Part shown: one piece after another, positions 38,623 through 47,819 of the stretch
How the letters are laid out: each line of letters begins with the position of its first letter
How positions within the stretch are numbered: the stretch's first letter is position 1
Source: Candidatus Latescibacterota bacterium
GTDB lineage: Bacteria > Latescibacterota > UBA2968 > UBA8231
Reading direction: 5' to 3'
DNA: 64,000 nucleotides
Assembly: GCA_965248355.1 (NCBI GenBank)
Contig: OZ252098.1
Coordinates: forward strand, 1,344,001-1,408,000
Notes under the pieces: generated by a model
Database searches by the model: none
What the model was told of the DNA's origin: nothing
The model's input: the letters and a program-made list of their open reading frames with translations, nothing else
Made by a program: the position numbers and the translations under genes

Positions 38623-40712
38623 CGCAGGGCGCCGTGCGCATCGGCGCCGACGTGGGCGGCACCTTCACCGATGTCGTCCTCATCGACGGCGGGGGCCGGG
38701 TCCACACCCACAAGGCGCCCTCCACCCCGCCCGACTTCGAGCGCGGCGTCCTCGACGCCGTGGCCCAGCTGCTGGAGAGGGCCGGCGCCGAGGGCGGGCA
38801 GGTGCGGCAGGTCGCCCATGGCACCACGGTGGCCACCAACGCCGTCCTCGAGCGCCGGGGGGCGCGCACCGCCCTGGTCACGACCCGCGGGTTCCGGGAC
38901 GTCCTCGAGCTGCGCCGCATCCGGGCGCCGCAGATCTACGACCTGTTCTTCACCAAGCCGCCGCCCCTGGTGGAGCGCTCCCTGCGGATCGAGGTGGGCG
39001 AGCGCATGGCCGCCGACGGCGAGGTGCTGGAGCCGCTCACCGAGACAGGCTTGGGGGAGCTGGTCGACCGGCTGCGGTCCGAGGCCGTGGAATCGGTGGC
39101 CGTCTGCCTGCTCCACTCCTACGCCTACCCCGCCCACGAGCGGGCCGTCGGCGAGCGCCTGCGCCGCGACCTGCCCGGGGTCCCGGTGTCGCTGTCGTGC
39201 GAGGTGCTGCCGGAGCGCAAGGAGTACGAGCGCTCGGCCACGACCGTGGTCAACGCCTACGTCCGTCCGGTGATGGAGCGCTACCTGCAGTCGTTGCGCG
39301 CCGGCCTGCGCGGCCTCGGAGCCGAGGCGCCGCTGCTGATCATGCAGTCCGCCGGGGGCCTCACCCCCGAGGCCGACGCGGCCTCCCGCCCGGTCTTCGC
39401 CCTGGAGTCGGGGCCGGCCGCCGGGGTGCTGGCCGCGGCCCTGACCTCCGAGGCGGCGGGCGAGCCGAACCTGATCACCCTGGACATGGGCGGCACCACC
39501 GCCAAGGCCTCGATCATCGAGGAAGGAGCCCTCTCCTACAGCCCCCAGTACGAGGTCGGCGCGTCGCTGTCGACCGGCGGCCGGCTGCTGGGGGGCGCCG
39601 GGGAGCTGATCCGGGCGCCGAGCATCGACATCGCCGAGGTCGGGGCCGGCGGCGGCAGCGTCGCCTGGCTGGACCGCGCCGGCGGCCTGCAGGTCGGTCC
39701 GCGCAGCGCCGGCGCCGAGCCGGGCCCGGTCTGCTACGGCCGCGGCGGCACCGAGCCGACCCTGACCGACGCCAACGTCGTCCTCGGGTACATCCGCGCC
39801 GGCGAGCTGGCCGGCGGCGAGGTCCGCATCGACCCGGAGGCCGCCCGCCGGGCGATCCACGACCGCATCGCCGCCCCCCTGTCCCTGGACCTGCTGGAGG
39901 CGGCCGAGGGCATCCACCGCATCGCCAACGCCCGCACCATGCGGGCCCTGCGCTCGGTCTCCACCGAGCGGGGCCGCGACCCCCGGGAGTTCGCGCTCAT
40001 GGCCTTCGGGGGGGCGGGACCCGTGCACGCCGCCGGCCTGGGACGGGAGCTGGGGATCGGGCGCCTCTTCGTGCCCCCCATGCCGGGGCTGTTCAGCGCC
40101 TTCGGCCTGCTGTTCTCCGGGGTCGAGCACCACTCGGTGCGCAGCTGCCTGCTCTCGGGGGAGGAGCTGCGCGCGCCTTCGATCCAGCGGATCCGCGACG
40201 AGCTTTCGGCGGAGCTGCTCGAGCGCTTCGCCGGGGAGGGGTTCGCCGCTGACGAGGTGACCCTGAGCGCCGGGGTCGACGTACGTTTCCGGGGTCAGAC
40301 CTCCGACATCGCCGTCCCCCTCACCGGGGAGGCCCTCACCGCCGAGCGCCTGGATCGCGCACGGGCGGCCTTCGTCGCCGAGCACGAGCGCCTGTACGGG
40401 CACCGGTCCGATCCCGCCAACCCCCTGGAGGTGACGGCCGTGCGGGTCGTGGGCCGGGCCGGGGAGCGAGGCCTGCCGGGCTTCCTCGAGCCGGTCCGGA
40501 CCGGCCCCGGAGAGGGTAGCCGCATGGCCTGCTTCGAGCCCGGGCAGGGGGCCGTGGCGACCCCGGTGGTGTCGAGGGGCGACCTGGCGGATACGGCGGA
40601 GGGGCCGCTGCTGATCGACGAGTACGACTCGACCATCGTCGTCCCCCCCGGGGTGAGGGTGGGGACCGATGGCCTGGGCAACATCCTCATGGAGCTGCGG
40701 GCCGAGAGATGA
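38619..40712 (+). CDS. Hydantoinase A/5-oxoprolinase subunit
   Basis: DVGGTFTD, HGTTVATN, SGPAAG, DMGGTT, SAGAEPGP. Confidence 0.93.
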   Translation: MTQGAVRIGADVGGTFTDVVLIDGGGRVHTHKAPSTPPDFERGVLDAVAQLLERAGAEGGQVRQVAHGTTVATNAVLERRGARTALVTTRGFRDVLELRRIRAPQIYDLFFTKPPPLVERSLRIEVGERMAADGEVLEPLTETGLGELVDRLRSEAVESVAVCLLHSYAYPAHERAVGERLRRDLPGVPVSLSCEVLPERKEYERSATTVVNAYVRPVMERYLQSLRAGLRGLGAEAPLLIMQSAGGLTPEADAASRPVFALESGPAAGVLAAALTSEAAGEPNLITLDMGGTTAKASIIEEGALSYSPQYEVGASLSTGGRLLGGAGELIRAPSIDIAEVGAGGGSVAWLDRAGGLQVGPRSAGAEPGPVCYGRGGTEPTLTDANVVLGYIRAGELAGGEVRIDPEAARRAIHDRIAAPLSLDLLEAAEGIHRIANARTMRALRSVSTERGRDPREFALMAFGGAGPVHAAGLGRELGIGRLFVPPMPGLFSAFGLLFSGVEHHSVRSCLLSGEELRAPSIQRIRDELSAELLERFAGEGFAADEVTLSAGVDVRFRGQTSDIAVPLTGEALTAERLDRARAAFVAEHERLYGHRSDPANPLEVTAVRVVGRAGERGLPGFLEPVRTGPGEGSRMACFEPGQGAVATPVVSRGDLADTAEGPLLIDEYDSTIVVPPGVRVGTDGLGNILMELRAER

Positions 40713-42439
40713 CCCGGACCGATCCGATCACGCGCGAGATCGTCAGGAACGCCCTGGCCTCGGCCGCCGACGAGATGGCCGTCGCCCTCTACCGCACCGC
40801 CTACTCCACGGTGGTGCGGGACTGCCTCGACTACTCCACCTCTCTATGCGACGCCGATGGCGAGATGATCGCCCAGGGGGTGACGATCCCCCTGCATCTC
40901 GGCGCGGTGCCGTACGCCATGGAGACCCTCTTCGCCCGCTTCGGCGACGACATGGAGCCCGGCGACGTCTTCATCCTCAACGATCCCTTCGACGGCGGCA
41001 TGCACATCCCCGACATCTTCGTGGTGCAGCCCGTCTTCCGGGGGGATGAACGGGTCGCCTTTGCCGTGAGCACCGCCCATCACCTGGACCTCGGCGGCCG
41101 CCTGCCGGGCAGCTCGGCCTGCGACAACACCGAGATCTTCCAGGAGGGCCTGCGCATCCCCTGGCTCAAGCTCTACCGGCGCGGCGAGCCCGACGAGAGC
41201 CTCTTCACCCTGCTGAGGGCGAACGTGCGGGTGCCGCACATGACGATCGGCGACCTGCGGGCCCAGCTCGCCGCCTGCCACATGGGCGAACGCGCCATCC
41301 ACGAGCTGATCGACCGCTACGGCCGCGAGACCTTCCAGCGCTGCGCCGCCGACCTGATCGACTACACCGAGCGCCTGGTGCGAGCCGAGATCGCCTCCTG
41401 GCCCGACGGCAGCCGCACCTTCGTCGACCACATGGACGACGACGGCGTCGGCGGCGGGCCGGTGCGCCTGCAGGCGAAGATCACCATCGACGGGGACCGG
41501 CTCACGGCCGACTTCACCGGCTCGGCGCCCCAGGTGCGCGGCGCCCTCAACAACACCCTCTCCTTCACCGCCTCGGTGGTGGGCCTGTGCGTGCGCTCGG
41601 TCCTGCGCGGGGAGGTGCCGAACACGTCGGGCATGTTCCGGCCCCTGGAGATCATCGCTCCCAAGGGGACGGTGGTGCACGGGGCCATGCCGGCGGCCTC
41701 CTCCATGCGCGGCGTCACCGGCTTCCGCCTCGTGGACACGGTGCTGGGCGCCCTCTCCGGCCTGCTCCCCGACCGGGTGATGGCCGCCGGCGAGGGCGGC
41801 AACTCCCTCGTCGTCTTCGGCGGCACCCGCGACGACGGGGCGCCGTACGTCTACTACGAGCTGATGTCGGGGACCTGGGGCGGCCGCCCCGACCGCGACG
41901 GCAACGACGGCCTGTGCAACCCCGCCAACGTGGCCAGCAACATCCCGGTGGAACAGGCCGAGTCGGAGTACCCCATCCGCATCGAGCGCTACGGGTACGT
42001 GCCCGACAGCGGCGGCGCCGGCGCCTTCCGCGGCGGTCTGGGCCTGGAGCGGGAGTGGCGCCTGCTGGCGGGCGAGGCCCATCTGGCGATCCGCTCGGAC
42101 CGGCGCCACCACCCGCCCTACGGCCTCTACGGCGGGCGGCCGGGCCGGCCCTCCCACACCGTCCTCCACCACGAGGAGGGGGAGGAGGTGCTGCCGACGA
42201 TGATCTCCACGAGGATCCGCGCCGGCGAGCGGGTGTACCACCGGCAGGCCGGGGGCGGCGGCTGGGGCGACCCGCTGAGCCGGGACCCGCAGGCGGTGGC
42301 CGACGACGTGCGCAACGGCAAGGTCACGGCCGAGGCGGCGAGACAAGAGCACGGGGTGGTGCTGGAGGCGGAGACCGGTGAGGTCGAGACGGAGGCCACC
42401 GAGGCCCTGCGCCGGCGGATGTCCGGGGAGGAGGAATAG
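40709..42439 (+). CDS. Hydantoinase B/5-oxoprolinase subunit
   Basis: NDPFDGGMHIPD, HHLDLGG, GGAGAFRGG, GGGGWGDP. Confidence 0.93.
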   Translation: MTRTDPITREIVRNALASAADEMAVALYRTAYSTVVRDCLDYSTSLCDADGEMIAQGVTIPLHLGAVPYAMETLFARFGDDMEPGDVFILNDPFDGGMHIPDIFVVQPVFRGDERVAFAVSTAHHLDLGGRLPGSSACDNTEIFQEGLRIPWLKLYRRGEPDESLFTLLRANVRVPHMTIGDLRAQLAACHMGERAIHELIDRYGRETFQRCAADLIDYTERLVRAEIASWPDGSRTFVDHMDDDGVGGGPVRLQAKITIDGDRLTADFTGSAPQVRGALNNTLSFTASVVGLCVRSVLRGEVPNTSGMFRPLEIIAPKGTVVHGAMPAASSMRGVTGFRLVDTVLGALSGLLPDRVMAAGEGGNSLVVFGGTRDDGAPYVYYELMSGTWGGRPDRDGNDGLCNPANVASNIPVEQAESEYPIRIERYGYVPDSGGAGAFRGGLGLEREWRLLAGEAHLAIRSDRRHHPPYGLYGGRPGRPSHTVLHHEEGEEVLPTMISTRIRAGERVYHRQAGGGGWGDPLSRDPQAVADDVRNGKVTAEAARQEHGVVLEAETGEVETEATEALRRRMSGEEE

Positions 42440-42556
42440 ACCCCGCATGGCAGGGTCATCCGGCCGCCGGAGACCTCCCGCCGCGCGGAGGCATTGTAGT
42501 GGGCGGCACCGCAGGGCCGCCGGCCGCCGACCCTCGGGACAGGAGTAGACCCGACT

Positions 42557-44170
42557 TTGGCTGGCTCATCCGGCCGCCAGGCCGACCTCCTCCTGCGGGG
42601 CGGCACCGTCGTGGACGGCACGGGAGCGCCGCCGGTCACCGCCGACGTGGCCGTCGGCGGCGGACGCATCCTCGAGGTCGGTCCGGCCCTGGCGCTGACC
42701 GCCGCCGAGACGCTGGACGTCTCCGGCCTGCTCGTGACGCCCGGGTTCATCGACATCCACAGCCACTCCGACTTCACCCTGACCGTCGATCCGCGGGCGG
42801 TCAGCTCCATCGCCCAGGGGGTGACCCTGGAGGTGGTGGGCAACTGCGGCCACGGCTGCGCTCCCGTCGACGACCCGGAGGCCGTCAAGGGCAACGTCTA
42901 CGGCTACTCGGAGGAGCATCCCATCCGCTGGCGCACGGTGGCCGAGTACCTCGATGTGGTGGAGGCGGGAGAGCCGGCGGTCAACGTGCTGACCCTCGTG
43001 CCAAACGGCAACCTGCGCCTCGCCGCCGCCGCCGATCTCTCGCGTCCGAGCACCCCGACGGAGCTGGCTCGCATGGAGCGCCTCCTGGCGCAGGGCCTGG
43101 AGGAAGGCGCATTCGGGCTCTCCACCGGCCTGGAGTACGGGCCCGAGCGGGCCTGCTCCGAGGCGGAGGTGACCCGCCTGTGCCGGGTGACCGCCCGGGC
43201 CGGGGGCTTCTACGCCACCCACACCCGCAACCGCGCCGGCCAGCCCCTGGAGACCGTGGCCGAGGCGGTCCGCACGGCCGAGGCCTCCGGAGTGCCGCTG
43301 CAGGTCTCCCACATCTCTGTGGTGGCGCGGCTGGCCGCCGACGGGGGCCGGGCGGTGGCCGAGGCGGTCGAGCAGGTCGACGCGGCGCGGCGCCGGGGGG
43401 TGGACGCCGGCTTCGACATGCACACCCGGCTCTTCGGCACCACCAACCTGAGCGCCGTGCTGCCCCCCGAGGCCCTGGCCGGCAGCCGCCGGGAGATCGC
43501 CGCCCGGCTGTCCGGGGTCTCCGCCCGCCGGGAACTGAAGCGGTATCCGAGCATCGTCCACGCCTTGGCCAGGGACGACTGGAGCCGCATCCTGCTGGCC
43601 GAGTGCAGCGACCCGGAGCTGTGCCACCGGAGTGTCGCCGAGGTCGCCGAGGCCCGCGGCCTCGAGCCCCTGGACGCGGTCTACGACCTGCTTCTGAAGG
43701 AGATGGAGGATCTGCACCGGCCCATGATCCTGGCCTTCTGCTACCGCGAGGAGGAGATCCGCCCCGCCTTCGAGTACCCGGACTGCATGGTCGGCTCCGA
43801 CGCCACGGCCCTGGCCCCGGACGGTCCGCTGGCGGAGTCCGTCTTCCACGGCGCCTACACCTGGGCGGCCTGGTTCTACCGCCACTTCGTCACCGACCTG
43901 GGTCTGCTGCGGCCCGAGGAGGCGGTCCGGCGCCTCACCTCGCTGCCGGCGGAGCGCCTGGGGCTGTCCGACCGGGGGCGAATCCGCCCCGGGGCCTGGG
44001 CCGACCTGGCGGTGCTGGAGCCGAAGGGGTTCGCGGAAAGAGGCACGACCCGCGACCCGAACCGCACCGCCGCCGGGGTTCGCCACGTCCTGGTCAACGG
44101 CCGCCCGGCCCTGCGCGACGGCGCCCTCACCGGCGAGCGCGCGGGGCAGGTCCTGCGCCGGGCCGCCTGA
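42557..44170 (+). CDS. N-acyl-D-amino acid deacylase (D-aminoacylase) family
   Basis: PGFIDIHSHSD, GNCG, STGLEY, GSD, RG.IRPGAWADL. Confidence 0.9.
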   Translation: MAGSSGRQADLLLRGGTVVDGTGAPPVTADVAVGGGRILEVGPALALTAAETLDVSGLLVTPGFIDIHSHSDFTLTVDPRAVSSIAQGVTLEVVGNCGHGCAPVDDPEAVKGNVYGYSEEHPIRWRTVAEYLDVVEAGEPAVNVLTLVPNGNLRLAAAADLSRPSTPTELARMERLLAQGLEEGAFGLSTGLEYGPERACSEAEVTRLCRVTARAGGFYATHTRNRAGQPLETVAEAVRTAEASGVPLQVSHISVVARLAADGGRAVAEAVEQVDAARRRGVDAGFDMHTRLFGTTNLSAVLPPEALAGSRREIAARLSGVSARRELKRYPSIVHALARDDWSRILLAECSDPELCHRSVAEVAEARGLEPLDAVYDLLLKEMEDLHRPMILAFCYREEEIRPAFEYPDCMVGSDATALAPDGPLAESVFHGAYTWAAWFYRHFVTDLGLLRPEEAVRRLTSLPAERLGLSDRGRIRPGAWADLAVLEPKGFAERGTTRDPNRTAAGVRHVLVNGRPALRDGALTGERAGQVLRRAA

Positions 44171-44491
44171 GGAGGTCCGATGGTGACGTGGATTCGCGTT
44201 GGAGGACGACCTGCCGGCTCGGGTGAGGCGGTTGCAGGCGGGATGAGGCGAGGCGCCCTCGGCGACGCCATCGTCCGCTGGATTCGCACTGGACGACGGC
44301 TCCCCGTAGCCTGTAGAGTTGCCGTGACCGCGGCATGGAACGGCATAGAACAGGGACGGCCCATGCGGATCTTCAACCCGCCAGCGAATCGGCACGACGC
44401 TCATCTCGAGGTCATGAGACGTGGAAAAGCTAGTTGACCGGTCTCCGGACCGGCGCGGCGTGCGGCCCGGGGGGCGAGGCGTGAGGACGAG

Positions 44492-44817
44492 GTGACCAGC
44501 GGACGGATCATTCGGGATCGCATCTCGCGCACCGAACTGGCGAGCATGGCCGAGGAGCAGTTCGGGGACTGGATCAAGGCCGTGGTCGACGTGTCGCGCG
44601 AGGTCATGGCGGTCGGCGGGGATCTGCACGCGGACGACGAGGCGGCGCTCCTCGCGGATGGATCCGGCCAGCGGGATCTCTGGGGAATCACTGGATCGAG
44701 TTCGATTCGATGATCAACCTGCGCCCGAGCCAGGGCAACCGTTCGCTGGGTGTCGACGACGAGTCGATCCGGGCCCGAATCCGCGAGGTGGTCGAATCCC
44801 TGGTTCCACCGGAATGA
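44492..44817 (+). pseudogene. DUF5674-like protein, frameshifted by a short deletion near 44690
   Basis: IKAVVDV...GGDLHADDE..LL.DGS.Q.DLWGI, then in another frame WIEFDSMINLRPSQGNRS. Confidence 0.7.
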
Positions 44818-45215
44818 AGGATGTCGCTGTGACCAGAGTCCTGCACAGGAACGCCGCGGAGGGCTGGGCGCGACTGGAGCTCGTGGAGCAGCTCGGAAAC
44901 GTGGGCAGCGAGGTGGAGCGCGCGATCCGGGCTCGCGAGGCCGGCCGGCCTGACCGCTTCGAGAGCGCGCTCGAGCGGGCCCTGGAGCTGTTCGATCTGA
45001 CCGCCGGCGACCCCCGCTGGCGGGGTCACCGGTGCCAGGAAATCCTGCGCGCACGCGAGCAGTTCTGCCGTCTCTTCTTCGATCCCGACGTGCCGCCCGA
45101 CTCGGCCCGCGGGCTCAGGCGGTACTTCCTCGGATTCGCCTGGGCCGCCCGAGCGCTTCATCATCGCCGACAGGCCGGGGATTACCAGGTCGAACGGCAC
45201 GCTGGCCCCGGGTAG
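44814..45215 (+). CDS. Conserved helical hypothetical protein coupled to the DUF5674-like gene
   Basis: ATGA overlap; LVEQLGNVGSEVERA...RALELFDLT..DP...EILRARE. Confidence 0.65.
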   Translation: MKDVAVTRVLHRNAAEGWARLELVEQLGNVGSEVERAIRAREAGRPDRFESALERALELFDLTAGDPRWRGHRCQEILRAREQFCRLFFDPDVPPDSARGLRRYFLGFAWAARALHHRRQAGDYQVERHAGPG

Positions 45216-45289
45216 ACAACCAGTAGTCCAGGTGCGATGGACTAACCGCAGCAGAGGGAGCTTGCGCGTACGAACAGGTCCTCGGACGC

Positions 45290-45430
45290 ACCAGCCGGTA
45301 GTAAGCCCCGCTGGCCAGCGGCCGGCCCTGACCGTCGCGGGCGTCCCAGCGCAGGCGGTGAAAGCCCGCCTTCTTCGCCCCTTGGTGCAGCACGGCCACC
45401 TGCTGGCCGACCGGGAGCTGGACCGGCGGC
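45290..45430 (-). pseudogene. Orphan FlgD/T9SS-like C-terminal domain remnant
   Basis: GQQVAVLHQG..KAGFHRLRWDARDGQGRPLASGAY. Confidence 0.55.
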
Positions 45431-45479
45431 GGCGGCCTGGGCCACGCCGCGGCCTCGCACCGTCTGAGGAGGTCCAACC

Positions 45480-46964
45480 GTGACGGGAATCCGCATCGAC
45501 CGAGGAGTGGCCAAGGCCGCCGCCGTGACCCTGGCCGCGGCCGGGTTCTACCGCCTTCTCCAGCAACTCATCACCGTTCCCGGCCTGGACCTGTCGGTCC
45601 TGGCCGAGTGGTTCCCGGGCTCGGGCGCTCCCCCGGGGCTGCCCGAAGGCGGGTCTGTGCAACTCGCGGCGCTGTGGATTCCTCACGCCGTGTCGGGGAC
45701 GGCGGCCATCGGCACCTACGTCAGCGCCTCGGTCCTCGTCCTCCTCCTGAGCGGCGTCCTCCCCTTCCTGCGGCGCCTGCGGGAGTCGGGTGTCTCGAAT
45801 CAGGCCGGCTTCCAGCGGGTCATCGCCGCGGCGACGGCCCTCCTGGCGGCGGCCCACGGACTCGGGACGGCCCTCTACCTGGAGGGGATCTCCGGCCCGG
45901 TGTCCGGACTCCCCGCGGTTTCTGCCCCCGGATGGGCCTTCCGCGCGGGAACGGTGCTGACCCTGTCGGCCGCCGCCCTGCTGATCCTGTGGCTGGCCCG
46001 GCAGGTCACGGCCCGCGGTCTCGGCAACGGCGTCGTCGTGCTGCTGGCGGCCGACATACTCGGCCGGTGGTACTCGGCGGCGCCGGCCCAGTGGCGGGCC
46101 TGGTCAGGGGCCGGCGATCCCCTCCACCAGGGACTCCGGGCGGCCCTGTTCCTCCTGGCCCTGCTCGTGCTGGCGGTGATCCTGCTAAAGGCGCGGCGCC
46201 TCATGCCCCTGGAACGGGCCACGGGCGCCGCCGGGGCAGAGACCGGAGCGGCTCCGGCCCTGCCCCTGCGGATCAATCCCGCCGGGGCCTTGCCCGTGGT
46301 GGTAGCCCAGGTGTGGCTCGATCCGTCCCTGGTTGCCGCCATCGCCACCTGCCTTCTCGTGGCGCTGGCCGCCCACCTGTACGCGGTCGAGGTCTTCCAT
46401 CCGCGCGATGCCGTCGAGCGCCTGGGACGGCTCGGGTTCCGCCTCGCCGCAGCCGCCTCCCCGGAGGACGCCGTCCGCCGTCTGCGCGACACTCAGCACC
46501 GTGTCATGGTGCCCGGCACTCTCGGACTCTGCGTGCTGGCGCTGGCGCCATGGATCGCCGCCAGCGGACTGGACCTGCGCCCGGACTGGAGCCTCATGTG
46601 CGGTCTCGACGCGCTGGTCCTCGCCGCCGTGGGCCTGCACCTGCGGCAGCAGGTCCGGAGCAGGAGATCCCTCGCCGGCCGCGAGGTTGCGCCGGTGATG
46701 GCCGCCGAGACCCGGTTCGAGCTAGACCTCGCCGCCGACGTCCTGCGCCGCGCCGGCATCGACAGCCGGATCCGCGACGACCGGGTGATCGCCGCCACCG
46801 GCACCCTCGCCCTCTGGGAGGCGAGCCGGCCGCGGTGGCCGAGCCTGACGGTGTACCCGCATCTCGGCGGCGGTCAGGCCCAGCTGCTGCTGGACGCGGC
46901 CGAGGTAGAGGCCGCCGAGGGAGTGCTGCGGGAGGGCGGCCTGGCCGGGTCAGGCGCCGGCTGA
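45480..46964 (+). CDS. Divergent SecY paralogue with C-terminal DUF2007-like extension
   Basis: ITVPGLD; GTYVSASVLV; LWLARQVTARGLGNG; LPLRINPAG; FHPRDAVERL; C-terminal ELDLAADVLRRAGIDS...LLLD.AEVEAAEGVL. Confidence 0.75.
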   Translation: MTGIRIDRGVAKAAAVTLAAAGFYRLLQQLITVPGLDLSVLAEWFPGSGAPPGLPEGGSVQLAALWIPHAVSGTAAIGTYVSASVLVLLLSGVLPFLRRLRESGVSNQAGFQRVIAAATALLAAAHGLGTALYLEGISGPVSGLPAVSAPGWAFRAGTVLTLSAAALLILWLARQVTARGLGNGVVVLLAADILGRWYSAAPAQWRAWSGAGDPLHQGLRAALFLLALLVLAVILLKARRLMPLERATGAAGAETGAAPALPLRINPAGALPVVVAQVWLDPSLVAAIATCLLVALAAHLYAVEVFHPRDAVERLGRLGFRLAAAASPEDAVRRLRDTQHRVMVPGTLGLCVLALAPWIAASGLDLRPDWSLMCGLDALVLAAVGLHLRQQVRSRRSLAGREVAPVMAAETRFELDLAADVLRRAGIDSRIRDDRVIAATGTLALWEASRPRWPSLTVYPHLGGGQAQLLLDAAEVEAAEGVLREGGLAGSGAG

Positions 46965-46996
46965 GGCGGCCGCACTCGCGGGGAGTGGGCCTCTCG

Positions 46997-47383
46997 TCAC
47001 CAGTGCCGATTCACACCGTACCGGTCGAAAGCCCTGTCGATCGACACGATCACCAGATCGCGCGACAGGGCCTGGGCGATGAGCATCCGGTCGAAGGGGT
47101 CGCGATGTGGTCCGGGCAGGCGTCCGGCTCGTTCGGCATCGGCAACGCTGATGGTCAGTTCCTCGAAACCCTGGCTGGCGACGGCGCCGGCGATATCGAG
47201 CGCCACGGCTCCGCTTGCCTCCAGTCTTCCGAGTCGGAACTTGGTGGCGATCTCCCAGGCAGACGCGGCGCTGACAAGGATTTCGTTCGATTCGTCCGCG
47301 ATCGTGCGGCGCGCGGGGACCGACAACCGCTCGCTGTCGGCGAGCCACCACAGCAACGCATGGGTGTCCAGCAGCGCCCGCAC
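46997..47383 (-). CDS. vapC: VapC PIN-domain toxin
   Basis: LLDTHALLWW, SAASAWEI, HRDPFDRMLIAQA. Confidence 0.92.
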   Translation of the reverse strand: MRALLDTHALLWWLADSERLSVPARRTIADESNEILVSAASAWEIATKFRLGRLEASGAVALDIAGAVASQGFEELTISVADAERAGRLPGPHRDPFDRMLIAQALSRDLVIVSIDRAFDRYGVNRHW

Positions 47384-47385
47384 TG

Positions 47386-47619
47386 CTACCCGGCTTCCCA
47401 GACCTTCAGTTCGTCCTCCGGCAGCGGGTCGAGAAAACTGTCGGGAACGACGATCTGGCCCTTGAGGACATCGGGCTGCCGCTTGCCTGGGTGCTTGCAG
47501 CGGACGAGCCGTGCGACGGGCTCGCCCCGGCGGGCGATCACGACCTCCTCGCCGGTCTCGACTTGCGCCAGCAGCCGCGAGAGTTGGGTCTTGGCTTGAT
47601 GGACATTGACGACAACCAT
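47386..47619 (-). CDS. Phd/YefM antitoxin
   Basis: VNVHQAKTQLSRLL..V..GEEVVIARRGEPVARL. Confidence 0.92.
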   Translation of the reverse strand: MVVVNVHQAKTQLSRLLAQVETGEEVVIARRGEPVARLVRCKHPGKRQPDVLKGQIVVPDSFLDPLPEDELKVWEAG

Positions 47620-47640
47620 GGCTCTCCGCCTTCTTGAAGT

Positions 47641-47679
47641 GATCTTAGCTAAATAGATAGCTAAGATCGGGGAAGTCAA
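47641..47679 (-). promoter_or_regulatory. TA operator/promoter
   Basis: Perfect 11-bp inverted repeat GATCTTAGCTA-N6-TAGCTAAGATC; TTGACT -35 element on the - strand. Confidence 0.7.
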
Positions 47680-47819
47680 GGCAAGACCGCGTACCGAGCA
47701 GCAATCCCCATGCTCCGCCATCACCCGGACGGCATCGCCGGGAACGGGGATTGGCCCGCTCTGCCCGATGGCCTATGATGGACGACGCCCCACCCCTCGA
47801 TCCTCCACCACGGATGCTG

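Noticed and set aside
44189..44300. Short imperfect direct repeat TGGATTCGC..TGGA.GAC
   Set aside because: Only two degenerate copies; no supportable function
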